Below are positions 9,490 through 21,700 of a stretch of 64,000 bases of DNA, piece after piece. The notes beneath the pieces are model-generated. The model was not told the origin of the DNA, did no database searches, and saw only the letters and a list, made by a program, of their open reading frames with translations. The DNA lies in IMG/VR virus record IMGVR_UViG_3300000233_000008, positions 4,200-68,199 of that record; one strand, given 5' to 3'. The translations under genes and the position numbers were made by a program. Source of the DNA: a virus. The first letter of the stretch is position 1, and the number at the start of each line of letters is the position of its first letter.

Positions 9490-9584
9490 TCAAACACTTG
9501 GCTAACGGCAAGCGGAGTAGACCTCCTACACGCTTGCCACCTTCCCCTAAAGCCCTATATAAAACTCCTGCTAAGGAGCTTCCT

Positions 9585-9812
9585 ATGCGCCAAATCACCG
9601 AAAATTCCAGAGCACTACGTCGTGCTTACAAAGACAAAATGAGAAGTAAAGCAAGAAAACTTTACAAAGATAACGCAAATCCAGATCTTATGGCCGACCA
9701 TTTAGCAGCCTGTTCTTGTTGGATGTGTGGCAATCCCCGCAAGTATTTCAATCAAGATACTCTTGCTGAGGTTAAACATCTTGACTTGTTTAAAAGTCAA
9801 ATAAACGATTAA
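9585..9812 (+). CDS. Hypothetical protein with CSCWMCGNPR zinc-binding-like motif
   Basis: TAAGGAG RBS before ATG9585, preferred over TTG9498. Confidence 0.65.
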   Translation: MRQITENSRALRRAYKDKMRSKARKLYKDNANPDLMADHLAACSCWMCGNPRKYFNQDTLAEVKHLDLFKSQIND

Positions 9813-9820
9813 GGCTTACA

Positions 9821-10777
9821 ATGTTTACCAATATTACCGACATACCACTGCCAATGGCAGTTTGGTTGGCTTATGACGATTACGATTTTGTCAAAAAACC
9901 CAATTCTATTTCTGCTACAACCTTACTGAAACCAGTAAGGCAAATTATTCTTTCTGCTAGAATTCCTGAAGGTGAGCAGACCCCAGTAGATCTTTCTAGC
10001 AGAATTTCTTCCAAGCTTGGCTCCGCTGTCCACAGCAGTGTTGAGCAGGCTTGGAAGACCAATCTTGTGGAAAACCTCGTTAATGTAGGTTATCCACGCA
10101 AGGCAGCTGAAAAGGTTGTTGTTAATCCAACAGACTTACAGCCAGGGCAAATCCCTGTTTATATTGAACAAAGAACCGAAAAAGAATTTATGGGATACAC
10201 TATCTCAGGTAAATTCGACTTCGTTTTAGACGGTTTTTTGGAGGATATTAAAAATACTTCCGCTTACACTTATGTGAACAGCACAAAAACAGACGACTAC
10301 ATTTTGCAAGGTTCCATTTACAAATGGCTAGAACCAAACAAGATTACTCAAGATACTATCCGCATTAACTTCGTATTTACAGATTGGGATAAAACCAAAA
10401 CCTTATCCAATCCCAATTACCCCAAAGCCAAGTTAATGTCTAAAACCTACAATCTCATGACTATTGCTGAGATTGAAAAGTGGATCGCTGCTAAAATCCA
10501 CTTAATTGAAAAATATAAAAACATAGCAGAGCAAGATTTACCTTATTGCACAGACCAAGAACTTTGGAAAACAGATCCAGTATACAAATACTATTCTGAC
10601 CCCTCCAAGACTTCTGGTAGAAGCACTAAAAACTTTGAAAGCCTCCATGAAGCTATGCTTCATAAAGCACAATCTGGTAAAGGCATCGTTATAGATGCCC
10701 CAGGCAAAGTAAAAGCTTGCAAATACTGCCCAGCATTTAACTTCTGCACTCAAAAGGATCAATATGACCTCTCCTGA
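9821..10777 (+). CDS. PD-(D/E)xK exonuclease (Cas4-like; N4 gp42-like)
   Basis: ISATTLLKP, GKFDFV...EDIKNT, LQGSIY, C-terminal CKYCPAFNFC. Confidence 0.82.
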   Translation: MFTNITDIPLPMAVWLAYDDYDFVKKPNSISATTLLKPVRQIILSARIPEGEQTPVDLSSRISSKLGSAVHSSVEQAWKTNLVENLVNVGYPRKAAEKVVVNPTDLQPGQIPVYIEQRTEKEFMGYTISGKFDFVLDGFLEDIKNTSAYTYVNSTKTDDYILQGSIYKWLEPNKITQDTIRINFVFTDWDKTKTLSNPNYPKAKLMSKTYNLMTIAEIEKWIAAKIHLIEKYKNIAEQDLPYCTDQELWKTDPVYKYYSDPSKTSGRSTKNFESLHEAMLHKAQSGKGIVIDAPGKVKACKYCPAFNFCTQKDQYDLS

Positions 10778-12929
10778 TAAGTTTCAAAATCTCCCGCATT
10801 TTCCAATGCTGGACAAAATCACTACTATTGTTTCAACTCTTATTCAAAACAATGACAGAGCCTGGCTTAGAGTAAGTGCTGCTTACTATATGTCCGTTGT
10901 CGCGTCTACTATGCGCACTATTATCAAAAGCAATGACCGCTCTGATATCCCAGTCAACAATTATTCTATTGTTCTTGGCCCATCTGGCATGGGCAAAGGG
11001 TATAACCAGTTCATCTGGGAAGAGATCTTTACCAAAGATTTCCGTAATACTTTTGTAAACGTCACTATGCCTTTAACGGCAGAAGACAATATGTATCGTA
11101 TTGCTGCTCTTTTAGTTGCCAAAGATCCAAACCTTGATTTGGTTGAAACCTTTGACAAGCTCAAAGTTCAATACAAGAGAGCCGGCGAATTTATCTTTGC
11201 TTTCGATAAAGGTTCTGAACCTGCTATTAAACAAGTCCGTGAAAAGCTATTGCTTGCTGGATGCGGTGCTATTAATCTTCAGATTGACGAACTCGGCAGA
11301 AACCTCAGTGGCTCTACTGAAGCTTTTAACGTATTCCTTGAACTTTATGACCAAGGCCTCGTTAAAAACAAGATCACTAAATCTTCCCAAGACAACTTAA
11401 GATTTAGAGAAATTGAAGGCAAAACGCCTGCTAATGGCATGTTCTTCGGTGCTCCAAGCGCAGTTCTTGACGGTGGTAAAATCGAAGAAGAGCTTTATGA
11501 CCTTCTTGATACTGGCTATGCACGTCGTTGTATGTTTGCTTTTGGTTCTGTTATTCCAGCATCTCAAACAGAAACTGCTGAAGAGCTTTATAACAAGCTT
11601 AAAACACTTAAAGCAGACCCAGCAATTGGACAGATTGCTAACTACTTCGCTGATTTAGCTGACCCACAATACCTTAACCAAGCAATCACCGTTAATGATG
11701 AAGTTGGTATTCTCCTTATGGAATACAAAATCTTCTGCGAACAGCGTGCTGGACTTCTTTCTGAATACCAAGAAAGACAAAGAGGCGAAATTACTCACCG
11801 CTACACGAAAGCTCTTAAGCTTGCTGGGGCTTACGCCTTTATGGCTAAAAGCCCTGAAATCACCAAAGAGCTTCTTCTTAATGCTATCGCATTAGTTGAG
11901 GAGTCCGGTGAAGCTTTCGGCAAAATCCTGAAGCGTGAAAAGCCTTACATGAAGCTGCTCAAGTATATCTGCTCTTCGCAAGAAGAGTTGACACACTCGG
12001 ATCTTACAGAAGAACTTCCCTTCTATAAGTCGTCAGGTCCTTCTCGTAAAGAGATGCTTGAAATGGCAGCAGCCTGGGGCTACAAGCAGCACAAAGTGCT
12101 TAAACGTAGGATTATTGAAGGCATTGAATTCTTCTCTGGGGAACAGCTACAACAGACTTCTATGGATAAGCTATTCCTTAGCTATTCTGATGATGTTGCT
12201 GCTAATTACACAGCTGAGTACGGTGCTTTTAATAAGCTGCCAAAGCTCTTTAAAATGGCTGATATGCACTGGACTAACCACTCGTTCTCGAATGGTCACA
12301 GAAAAGAAGATAACGTCATTGAAGGCTTCAATTTAGTTGTCGTTGATGTTGATGGTGGATTTGATATTGACCTTGCTAAGCAAGCGTTAAAAGAATACTC
12401 CTATATTATCTACACAACCAAAAGACACACAGATGACAAACATAGATTTAGACTTGTGATGCCACTCAACTACACGTTGAAGTTGGATAAAGAAGACTAT
12501 ACCCAATTTATGAAAAACTTCTGCGAATGGCTTCCATTCTCTGTTGACACTGCCGCTAACCAAAGAAGTCGTAAATGGCTTACCAACCCTAATGCTGAAA
12601 TTCATATCAATGAAACAGACAAAATGGTTGAAGCTCTTAACTTCATGCCTAGAACCACTAAGAATGAACGTTATACCCAAGCTGTAATCAATATGCAAGA
12701 TCTCTCCTCACTGGAAAGATGGTTTGCGCATCAGTTCCAGCCCGGTAATCGTAATCATATTATGATTAAATACGCTTACACTCTTATGGATGCTGGCTAT
12801 TCTTATCAAGACCTTGAGAAGAAAGTGCTTGAATTCAATCGTAAGATTGAAAACCCACTTGATGAAGCCGAATTGTTTAGCACAGTTCTCAAAAGCGTTG
12901 CTACTAAAATTAGAAGCAAACAGCAATAA
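10764..12929 (+). CDS. DNA primase/DNS protein (N4 gp43-like)
   Basis: N-terminal NTPase LGPSGMGKG, QIDE; C-terminal primase VVDVDGG, YTTKRH, RFRLVMP, GNRN (PriCT-like). Confidence 0.85.
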   Translation: MTSPDKFQNLPHFPMLDKITTIVSTLIQNNDRAWLRVSAAYYMSVVASTMRTIIKSNDRSDIPVNNYSIVLGPSGMGKGYNQFIWEEIFTKDFRNTFVNVTMPLTAEDNMYRIAALLVAKDPNLDLVETFDKLKVQYKRAGEFIFAFDKGSEPAIKQVREKLLLAGCGAINLQIDELGRNLSGSTEAFNVFLELYDQGLVKNKITKSSQDNLRFREIEGKTPANGMFFGAPSAVLDGGKIEEELYDLLDTGYARRCMFAFGSVIPASQTETAEELYNKLKTLKADPAIGQIANYFADLADPQYLNQAITVNDEVGILLMEYKIFCEQRAGLLSEYQERQRGEITHRYTKALKLAGAYAFMAKSPEITKELLLNAIALVEESGEAFGKILKREKPYMKLLKYICSSQEELTHSDLTEELPFYKSSGPSRKEMLEMAAAWGYKQHKVLKRRIIEGIEFFSGEQLQQTSMDKLFLSYSDDVAANYTAEYGAFNKLPKLFKMADMHWTNHSFSNGHRKEDNVIEGFNLVVVDVDGGFDIDLAKQALKEYSYIIYTTKRHTDDKHRFRLVMPLNYTLKLDKEDYTQFMKNFCEWLPFSVDTAANQRSRKWLTNPNAEIHINETDKMVEALNFMPRTTKNERYTQAVINMQDLSSLERWFAHQFQPGNRNHIMIKYAYTLMDAGYSYQDLEKKVLEFNRKIENPLDEAELFSTVLKSVATKIRSKQQ

Positions 12930-12934
12930 AACAC

Positions 12935-12969
12935 TCTCTAGCGGTTTGGTGATTTCTATTCCGCTAGAG
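12935..12969 (+). promoter_or_regulatory. Intergenic stem-loop
   Basis: TCTCTAGCGG ... CCGCTAGAGA 10-bp inverted repeat with no clear U tract. Confidence 0.5.
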
Positions 12970-12989
12970 ATCAACTTAAAGGAAACTAT

Positions 12990-13730
12990 ATGACTGAAAA
13001 CAATCAGCTGGTTTTAATAGCCGGCGAATCGTCTACTGGTAAATCTGCTTCTCTTCGTAATCTTTCTATTAAAGATCAAACAAGAGTAATGTATCTAAAC
13101 TGCGAAAGCAACAAACGCTTGCCTTTCCCAAACAAGTTCAGAAACTTTGCTATCAATAACCCACTTCAAATCTATGAGGCATTTGATGCTATTGCTCCTA
13201 ATGGCCCATTATCTGATAAAGTGGACTATGTTGTAATCGATACTCTTACTTTTCTTATGGATATGTATGAATCGGTTTACGTTCTTAAAGCAAAAGACAC
13301 ACAAAAAGCTTGGGGTACTTACCAGCAATTCTTCAAAAACTTGATGCAACAATACGTTTCTACAAGCACAAAGAAAATCATCTTTACTGCCCACACACGT
13401 AAAGACTACAATGAGTCCACTATGGCTTATGAAACTGCTGTACCAGTCAAAGGTGCTCTCAAAGGCACTGGCATTGAAGCATTCTTCTCTACTGTTGTAG
13501 CTTCTAAAAAAGTTCCTCTTGAAGAACTTAAAAACTATCAATCGCATCTTCTGAATATTACAGCGGATGATGAACTTCTTGGATACAAGCACGTATTCCA
13601 AACCCGCCCAACTAAACAAACTTCTGGTGAGCGTATTCGTTCTCCAATGGGTCTGTTTAGCGTTGAACAAACTTATATGGATAATGACGCAGAATTGCTC
13701 ATGAACCACTTAACTGATTATTACGCTTAA
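12990..13730 (+). CDS. Sak4-like/AAA_24 ATPase (N4 gp44-like)
   Basis: IAGESSTGKS, VVIDTLT, IFTAH; position immediately before SSB. Confidence 0.85.
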   Translation: MTENNQLVLIAGESSTGKSASLRNLSIKDQTRVMYLNCESNKRLPFPNKFRNFAINNPLQIYEAFDAIAPNGPLSDKVDYVVIDTLTFLMDMYESVYVLKAKDTQKAWGTYQQFFKNLMQQYVSTSTKKIIFTAHTRKDYNESTMAYETAVPVKGALKGTGIEAFFSTVVASKKVPLEELKNYQSHLLNITADDELLGYKHVFQTRPTKQTSGERIRSPMGLFSVEQTYMDNDAELLMNHLTDYYA

Positions 13731-13747
13731 GAAAGGCTAATACAAAT

Positions 13748-14464
13748 ATGTCGAAACTTTTTTCTACACTAACCACAGACAACCTTGAAAAAAACGAAGC
13801 TATCGTTGGAGGTGGCTACACCCCTCTTGATACCAACGTTTACCCAGCAGTTGTTAAGATTATGTATGTCGGTAAGGCCGCAAGCGGTGCTAACAACATT
13901 ACAGTCATCGCAGATCTTAATGGTCGTGAATACCGCGAAACCATTTACATCACCAACAAAGCTGGCCAAAACTTCTACGAAAAGAACGGTAAGAAGTTCT
14001 CGCTTCCTGGCTTTGACGTCATCAACGATATGTGCCTATTTGCTCTCGAGCAAGGCCTTTCGGAAGTTGACTTTGAAGAGAAAGTCGTCAAAGTTTACAG
14101 CAAAGATGCCAAAGCAGAAGTTCCGACTCCTGTTCAAGCCATTGCTGGTGTAGCTGGCAAACAAGTTCTTCTTGCTATTGCTAGAGAAACCCACGATCAA
14201 ACCGCGCTTGTTAATGGTGCTTATGAGCCAACTGGCGAAACCGTTGACAAGAACTTTATTAAGCATGTTTTCCACCCAGAAACTGGTATGCTTATCGCTG
14301 AATACCAGCGTAAAATGAAAGAGCCTGTCTTCAGAGACGCTTGGATTGACGCAAATGCTGGCAAAGTCTACAACAAGGCCAAAGGCACTGCCGGCGCAAA
14401 AACTGGTGTAGCAAGCGCACAAGCAGCTGCTCCTAAGCCAGCCAAAAGCCTATTCTCTGAATAA
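13748..14464 (+). CDS. ssb: Single-stranded DNA-binding protein (N4 gp45-like)
   Basis: Synteny; YRETIYITNK, LPGF, Ala/Lys-rich tail ending KSLFSE as in N4-type SSBs. Confidence 0.8.
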   Translation: MSKLFSTLTTDNLEKNEAIVGGGYTPLDTNVYPAVVKIMYVGKAASGANNITVIADLNGREYRETIYITNKAGQNFYEKNGKKFSLPGFDVINDMCLFALEQGLSEVDFEEKVVKVYSKDAKAEVPTPVQAIAGVAGKQVLLAIARETHDQTALVNGAYEPTGETVDKNFIKHVFHPETGMLIAEYQRKMKEPVFRDAWIDANAGKVYNKAKGTAGAKTGVASAQAAAPKPAKSLFSE

Positions 14465-14952
14465 TGATTGTAGGCATTGATCCGGGAAAGAAAGGCGCCA
14501 TAGCCTTTCTTAACCCTGCTGATATGTCATTAACAGTTCATGATATGCCAACAGTGCCAGACGGAAAGTCTAAGACTTCCGTCTCACTGAACTCCAAAGG
14601 CTTATTTGATTTACTCAAACCAGAATTTCCTGAACAAAGAAATTTAGCTGGAATTGAAAAAGTCCATTCTATGCCCGGAGAAGGTGTTAGTTCAGCCTTT
14701 ACATTTGGCTCCATATGTGGAGCTATTGATATGGCAACTATTGCCCATAACTATGAACAAATCTTTATTTCACCTCAAAAGTGGAAAAAGTATTTTGGCA
14801 TAACAGCAGATAAAACCATTGCAAGACAGTTAGCTATTCAGCGCTTTCCTAAATATTCTCAATTATTCGCAAGAGTAAAAGACGATGGGAGGGCGGAAGC
14901 TACTCTCATTGCCTTATACATTTACGAAAACTATTTTAAAGGAAATCCTTAA
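14464..14952 (+). CDS. RuvC-like Holliday junction resolvase
   Basis: MIVGIDPGKKGA, IEKV, SAFTFG, PQKWKK, DDGRAEA. Confidence 0.88.
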   Translation: MIVGIDPGKKGAIAFLNPADMSLTVHDMPTVPDGKSKTSVSLNSKGLFDLLKPEFPEQRNLAGIEKVHSMPGEGVSSAFTFGSICGAIDMATIAHNYEQIFISPQKWKKYFGITADKTIARQLAIQRFPKYSQLFARVKDDGRAEATLIALYIYENYFKGNP

Positions 14953-15536
14953 TGCAACTAATCTTGACACATAAAGAAATTGCAATGGCTATTCGCGCCT
15001 ATGTAATTTCCCAATCAAACGCTAATCCAAATGAACCTATTCAGGTTCAAATCAGAGAAGGCAGAAAAGGCAATGGTGGAACAGCTATTGTTGATTTTGA
15101 AATGAATGCTCTCAATGACGAACTCATTGAATTCAAACAAAATGCTTACTCTGTTGAAGATGCGCTTGATCTTGCTCGGCAGGAAATTGCTTCTATTTTA
15201 GGTACGCCTGAAACCATTGAAATTGTTGCTCCTGCTGAATTGACAGAGGACACACAAGAAGATGCAATTAGCGATATTAGCTACCAGAATATTTCTGTTG
15301 ATTTTGCAACACAAAGCGTACAACCCGAACCAATCGTTGAAGCTACCACAGAAATCTTCGATGTCGAATGCGAAGATGAAGATGACAACTTTGAAGTCGA
15401 AGTAACAAAAACTGTAAAAACAACTCAAAAACCTTTGAGCTTTGCTGACGAAGAAGACGATGACGATATATTTGCGCAAGCAGATAAGCGCGATCAAGAA
15501 CTTTTTGGAGACAAGAAGTCTATCTTTGACTTGTAA
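14952..15536 (+). CDS. Acidic hypothetical protein (N4 gp47-like slot)
   Basis: Asp/Glu-rich C-terminus ending KKSIFDL. Confidence 0.72.
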   Translation: MQLILTHKEIAMAIRAYVISQSNANPNEPIQVQIREGRKGNGGTAIVDFEMNALNDELIEFKQNAYSVEDALDLARQEIASILGTPETIEIVAPAELTEDTQEDAISDISYQNISVDFATQSVQPEPIVEATTEIFDVECEDEDDNFEVEVTKTVKTTQKPLSFADEEDDDDIFAQADKRDQELFGDKKSIFDL

Positions 15537-15545
15537 TTAATACAC

Positions 15546-15680
15546 ATGTTTTTACTTGTATTAATTTCTCTTATAGTATTGGTAGCCTGTTATTTACTAA
15601 TAGGCGCCTTTCTATATTACATGCTTTGGATTGCGATAGCAATTTCAGCATTTGTCTTTCTCGGTATTTTAATAATTTAA
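15546..15680 (+). CDS. Small all-hydrophobic membrane protein (44 aa)
   Basis: Read by hand: MFLLVLISLIVLVACYLLIGAFLYYMLWIAIAISAFVFLGILII; last gene before the convergent terminator. Confidence 0.6.
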   Translation: MFLLVLISLIVLVACYLLIGAFLYYMLWIAIAISAFVFLGILII

Positions 15681-15701
15681 ATAGGCCCCAATGGGGCCTA
15701 T
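15681..15701. terminator. Bidirectional terminator between convergent middle and late operons
   Basis: ATAGGCCCC-AAT-GGGGCCTAT hairpin. Confidence 0.75.
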
Positions 15702-15708
15702 TACTCTT

Positions 15709-18700
15709 TTAGCTTAGTGGATTTAGCGTATCGTTCACTATACCTAATGTTGGGTGCAGGTTAACACCTTGTACTGCCATTCCCAACCCAACAGATCCGC
15801 CAATCGAACCATCAATCACTTTGGTTCCAATGTTGCTGTCCAACACCGTATCAACACCAAAAGCATTATGTGTGCTCATTAGCATAGCCGCTCTTAATGG
15901 TCTTTCCATAACAGCCTTTCTAGCTACTTTCAAGATACGAAGTTTATAGTTCATAAACCACAGCAACCCATATTTCTCCAACAACTGTCTATCTCTACCA
16001 GAAACGTTCTGATAGTTTACAAACTCTTCCATCAGAATGTCCATAGTCTCTTCTTTGCTTACTCCCTTCTTTTGAAGCTTGGTCATCAAAGCATACTTGG
16101 CCATAAAGTCCCCATATTGCGTCATACCCACCATTGTTTTGAAAGCGATGCTTTCTTTTGTAAACAATAGATTTGATGCTACAACTTTACCTTTATCGCT
16201 TGGGACCATATTGGCTAACTTAATAAGCCCATTATGGATCATATTACCTGTATCACCGTCAGCTGTTACAATATCTTCTGCGATAGCACTGAAATGCCCT
16301 GCTTCAATCAGAGGGTAAATTCTCATGTTTTTAATTCTATCACTCAAAGCTTTAAGTTGATTTTCAACACGAGCTTGTGCATCACCACCCTTAATTCTTG
16401 CAGTTTGCGCATCGATAGCAAGCAAGTTAATTCTCTTTTGGATCTTTGTGTATTCTCTTAATTCAAGAGCTGCTTGATACTGAAGCTTCGCTGCCTCAAT
16501 AGGGTTGATACCATAAGACATCAAGTGAATAGTGTTGGACAACAAGTTTCCAAACACAACTTGAACAGCCAAACCAACAATAGATGTTTTAGCAAAAGAC
16601 ACAACATCACTGACAACATTCTCTGTTTTCATTAAAGCAGTATAGCCTTTTTTGCCAAAGATAGCAGTAGCAGAGATTTTAATAATCTCATTAACTTTAT
16701 CATTGTTTCTTGTGACATCAGTCCAAGCATCTGAAACACCAGCTTCTCTATAGCCGATAGCATCATTGATATGGCTTTTCTTTACTGGGAAAAAGTCTTT
16801 TTCCCCAAATTTCTTGGAAACCTTATGATGGAATTCAGCACCAAGAACTTTCCAGCTATCAGCATACACTTTGTCTTTTTGGTTTTTATTACCAATGTCA
16901 ACAAACTCTTTTCTTTCTTCTGGTGTAGCTGTATTCCATTCCTGATAAAGCCACTCAATAAGCTCATCATTAATTCTTCTAGACACTCTCTCTTCGTATG
17001 TTCTACCAAGCCATACACCAACACCCTCACCGAAATTCTGGTCTTTTTCAATTGCTCTAAAAGCCTCTCTACCAATAGGCAATTCAGCAGCAATGATTTT
17101 ACCATTACCGTCAAAGATAAACTCTGGATGAACAAAACCAGCAATGTTATGCTTACCTTTGTTTTGGTTAGCGTAATCAATAAGCTCTTGTAATCCGTTC
17201 TCTTGTGTGATAATTCTATTCACTCTCATATCGGTGCTATAACCAAACTTGATAGACACACCCCTATAAGAGCCGTGAACTGTTTGAGCCACGCCTTTTG
17301 TGTATCTATTCTTTTGGGCAATATTAGAATGGAAATAGTAAAGATCACCAGTCATTCTATGATTTGGATTACCTTTATACTTCTCTCCCATAGTATAACC
17401 CAAAGCCTCTAATCTGGCTTTTTCACTTTTGGATTGAATAACAATAGATTGGTTTCTGCCAGTCGCTTCTGGGAAGTGCCCTTTCCAACCATTTTGTTTT
17501 GCTTTCTTTTGCGTTGCTTCATCATATTCTTGAAGATGTCTATCTTCAACAATTTTAGAAGCTGTCACAAAGTTCAAAGCACCAGACACACCATCAATCT
17601 CATTAGTAAACAGATCTTTTAGTGTTTCTTTAATATTAGCATCAACATAATCCATAGCTTTTAAGCTGACCCAAGCATCTACATACCCTTCCATTTCTGG
17701 ATAACCAAATTGGTTAGAGATAGCGTAAGCATTTCTCAAGAACGAAGCAGATTGCGGATCAGTATCTGTCCCTAGAACACGAGCCAATTCTTCCATATGC
17801 CCTTGCATTTTTCTTAATGCAACTGCTCCCATATTCTTTTCTATACCTGCTCTTAATTCTTCTGTCGTCTTTTCACCCTTAAGAATTGCAAGTGTGCTCG
17901 TTAACGGGATAGTGCTAATATCCAATTTAACTGCTTTAATAAGAGCAATGTTTTCAAGTCTTGTAAGCTCCCTTTTGAACAGGCCATTAATGGCTTCTGG
18001 CATATCTTCCAAGAAACGCTGTCTACCTTGGTCAATGAGCTTTGTTGCTTTCTGCTGCATTCTATTCAGTTGCTTCTTGGTTTTGTTGGCAGATCTGATG
18101 TCTTGGAACAGAGCACCAATAGCATTCCAGCCTTCCATTTTGTTAAAGCTTGCTTCAATAGCATCAGCAACTTTGCTTGATACTTTATCGGAGAATGGAA
18201 TAGCAATGGCTCTGATAATGAAAGGAATGCTTTCATTTTCAGCAATACCTGTTGCTACTTCTTCTCTCTTATTAGAGATTTTATTATCTGTTCTATCAAT
18301 CAGCCCACCAACATCCTCATAAACTTTACCAGCAGAAACAGCCAAAGCTACAATAGCTTTTTGTTCAGTTTCGTTTTGGTTCATTGCCTCTACAATGTTA
18401 TCCAAGCTTTTAAGAACATCTTTGCTAACATTAACTCTGTTGCTCAAATCAGCAGCGTAATCCATAACAGTAGTGATAGCGTTGCTAACCTTACCATCAA
18501 ATGTAGAGTTATCCACTCTATTATCCGGTAGAGACATGCCATTAATAACAGAGCGAACTGTATCGTTTGTTTGAGACAACGCAAACACAAGAGCCAGACC
18601 TTCTTGGCTATTTACCAAGAATTCAGTCATACTTGCTGCAACACCTTCTGAGGTGTGCTTTTTAAAGCTGTCTAAAACTTTCTTATCCATAAATTGCGTG

Positions 18701-21700
18701 TAAACATTCGTAAGAATTCTGTTTACTTCTTGGTCTTTGGACCCAAAAGCAATTAATGTGTAAAGGTTTTTAAACAGCAACTGACTTCTAGCATCCATAG
18801 TAAAACCGGCTTGTAAGGCCTTCTGTAATGCTTCATCAACAATGGCTTGTTCCTTGACGATATCTAAAGCTTCTTGGGAGATTTTGATATTTTCAAGCAA
18901 CACCGTACCATCAAAGATGCTGTCAGCAATCTTTCTGTTTTGTGCCTTAATGGCTCTATCTGCCAAGAACTTCTTAATAGCTCTTTCAACAACGCTCTTT
19001 TTAGGATCGTTTGTTGTTACCTGGTTAAGGTGTGTAATCTCTGTTTCAATAGCATCGTCTTTATTGCGTGCTGCTGCTCTCGCTTTCGCTTTCGCAGCCA
19101 TCAACTCATTGTATTGCGTTTCATTAACAACCAAGGAAAGCGTGTTGAAGCGAATGCTATCAAACAGGTTATTGATATCAACATCATACTTCGAACCTTT
19201 AACAAAAATAGTAAACAATCTCTTAACCATTTTCGTGGCTTCTGTTTTAATTCTGTTAAATGTGCTGTATGTTCTCACATCTTTCAGAGTGCTTTCTAAC
19301 GATGGGTTAGTAAGCGTCCAAGAAATGAACTCCATCATTCTAGCAGTATCACCTTGAAGGTCTCTAATAACGTTTTGTGTATTAAACAAATCAGCAGCGT
19401 CTTGTTGACCCACAACAGAAGCAGGAATATCAAGTCTCAGGAAATCAGCCATGTTTTCTTCAAGACCCTTGATAGCAAGTTTCAATTGAGCAGGAGCACT
19501 TTCTGGGTTCTTGTAGTAAGTTGTAATAGCCTCATCAACCGCCGAGTGAAGAAGTTCGTGAATAACTGTTTCAGCAGTCTCATTGTTAACAATAATGATG
19601 TTTTGCTCTTTGAAGTATACACCTTCTTGAATGCTGTCAATGTAAGGCAGCCCAACACCATCAGCGATAAGTTTGTTATACACATCCATAGCATTGCCAT
19701 TAGCAAAGTATACTTTTGCTTTAAACACAGACTTATCTGGGTTGGATCCAAACTTTTCAGCTGCGAACAGAAGGTCAATCAATCCTTTTGATACACCAGC
19801 GTCTTTAAGCGTGAAAGCAAGCTTCTTACCTGTTAAGAATTCAGCATCTTTGAGTGCTCTCTTAATAGCACCAAATGCTTTCTTATTAACCTTATCCGTG
19901 TTTGCCTCTCTTTCAGAGACTTTAATGTTGTTTCTTTCTTTGTAAAAATTGATAGCAACAGCTCTCTGTCTTGCCACTTCTTGGTTAATGCTATTAGCAA
20001 TACCGTCAAAATCAAGAGAGTCAAACTCAAACTTACCTTTACCATATCTGGCAACACCCTCTAGGCCGGCAAGGTGATCAATACCATAGCTGTGCTCTTC
20101 CATAGCATCCAGAAGCAGCTTGTGCTCTAAAGCTTTGATTTCCATCAGTTTGGTAAACCATAGCAATGGATTTTTGTTGAACTTACCAACGGTAAATTCA
20201 TTCACATTATTCAGCAACCCATAGTCAACAAACAGCTGAGCATTGCTAAACAGCGTGTTATAAACTTTATCAGCCAGAGTAGCATTAGCTTTTGTAACCT
20301 TGCGGCTTAATAGACCGTAATGGGCTGGGTTAACTTGATCACCAACTCTCTGAACAACATCTTGCCCAAACTCTTTAAAGATGCTCCTGCTCTGAATAAA
20401 GCTTTGCTTTAAGCTATCAGCGAACTGAGCAAAGATATTATTGGCTCTCCAATTGTCTCCAACACCTCTGTTAAGGCCTTCTGCTTTTTCAATAGCAGAA
20501 AGGATTGACATGTCAATACCGTCAAAGTTTTGAGCAATACCCTTCACGTCTATCGAAGGGTCAACCCAGATAGCTCTAATTGTGTTAGCGTCACCATTAC
20601 CCTGAATAGTGATAGCAGTAGAGCTAACACCTACATCGTCAAATTCTCTTGCGTTAGCAGAAGAGGTTAAGTTTTCTTTAATGCTTTTAACAGCAAACTG
20701 AAGCTCATCCTTTTTAGAGTTTTTTGTTTTGTAGTAATGATACACTTTACCATTGGTATTAACAATAGCGCCTACTTGAGCTGCTTTGAACATAAACGCA
20801 TCGTATTCGTTTTTGGTCATATCCCAAACAGACTTACCTTCTTTTTGGAGCTTTTGGACCTGTAAGTCAAAAAGTTTTCTCGCCATAGCATCTTGGTATT
20901 GCTGCGTTAAGCGCATATCCTTTAAGACACCTTCTAGGTTCTCAGTCTGTTCAGTGATAGCAGTATTTATTGGCGTAGCCAAGTATTCCGTAATATTTTC
21001 AAACAGGTTACCGTTATTCAAAACAGTAAATCTGAAATTGAATGGATCTGCCACCATAGCGTCGTAAGCTTTACCTTCGAGAATACCTACAAGGTCTTCT
21101 CTTCTAAAGCCTTCAATCTCGCTTAATGGTTGGTTGCTTCCTTTTTTAAGTTCAGCAGTGAGCTTCTCGTAGAAGCTGTCTACGAACTCTTTATAGATAC
21201 GGTTAGCGATACCACCGAGAGACGAACCATACACAATCATTGTTGTTGGGTATTTGGCGAAGTTTCTCGAGAAAGAGATATTATCGTTCTCAACTTTAAC
21301 ATCTCCGGAAAGCTTAGCCATTCTGGTTAAGAAACCAGTTGCTTTTGCTTTCTGGGTTGCATCCATATCGTTAATCATCTTTCTAACGATGACAGTACCA
21401 GCTGCTGCTACTTTGGTATACATATCTTCACCAAGCTTGCTAACTGTTCCAGTAGCAAACTCTTTTGCGTAGAATGTATTAAGGCTTTCTGCTTGGTTTG
21501 TTTTCTTTCCAAAAATCAAACCACCACGAGCAAAGTTACCAATTCTGCGTGCACTCATGTTACCAGTCATAGTAAGAACTAATGCGTTAATAATACCATC
21601 GGTCTTACCGTCGACTTCGACAGACAAACCAGTTTTAAATTTGGTTTCGCCATTTTCAATAGCAACTTCCATACGAGCCACTTCAAACAACGCATTATGC

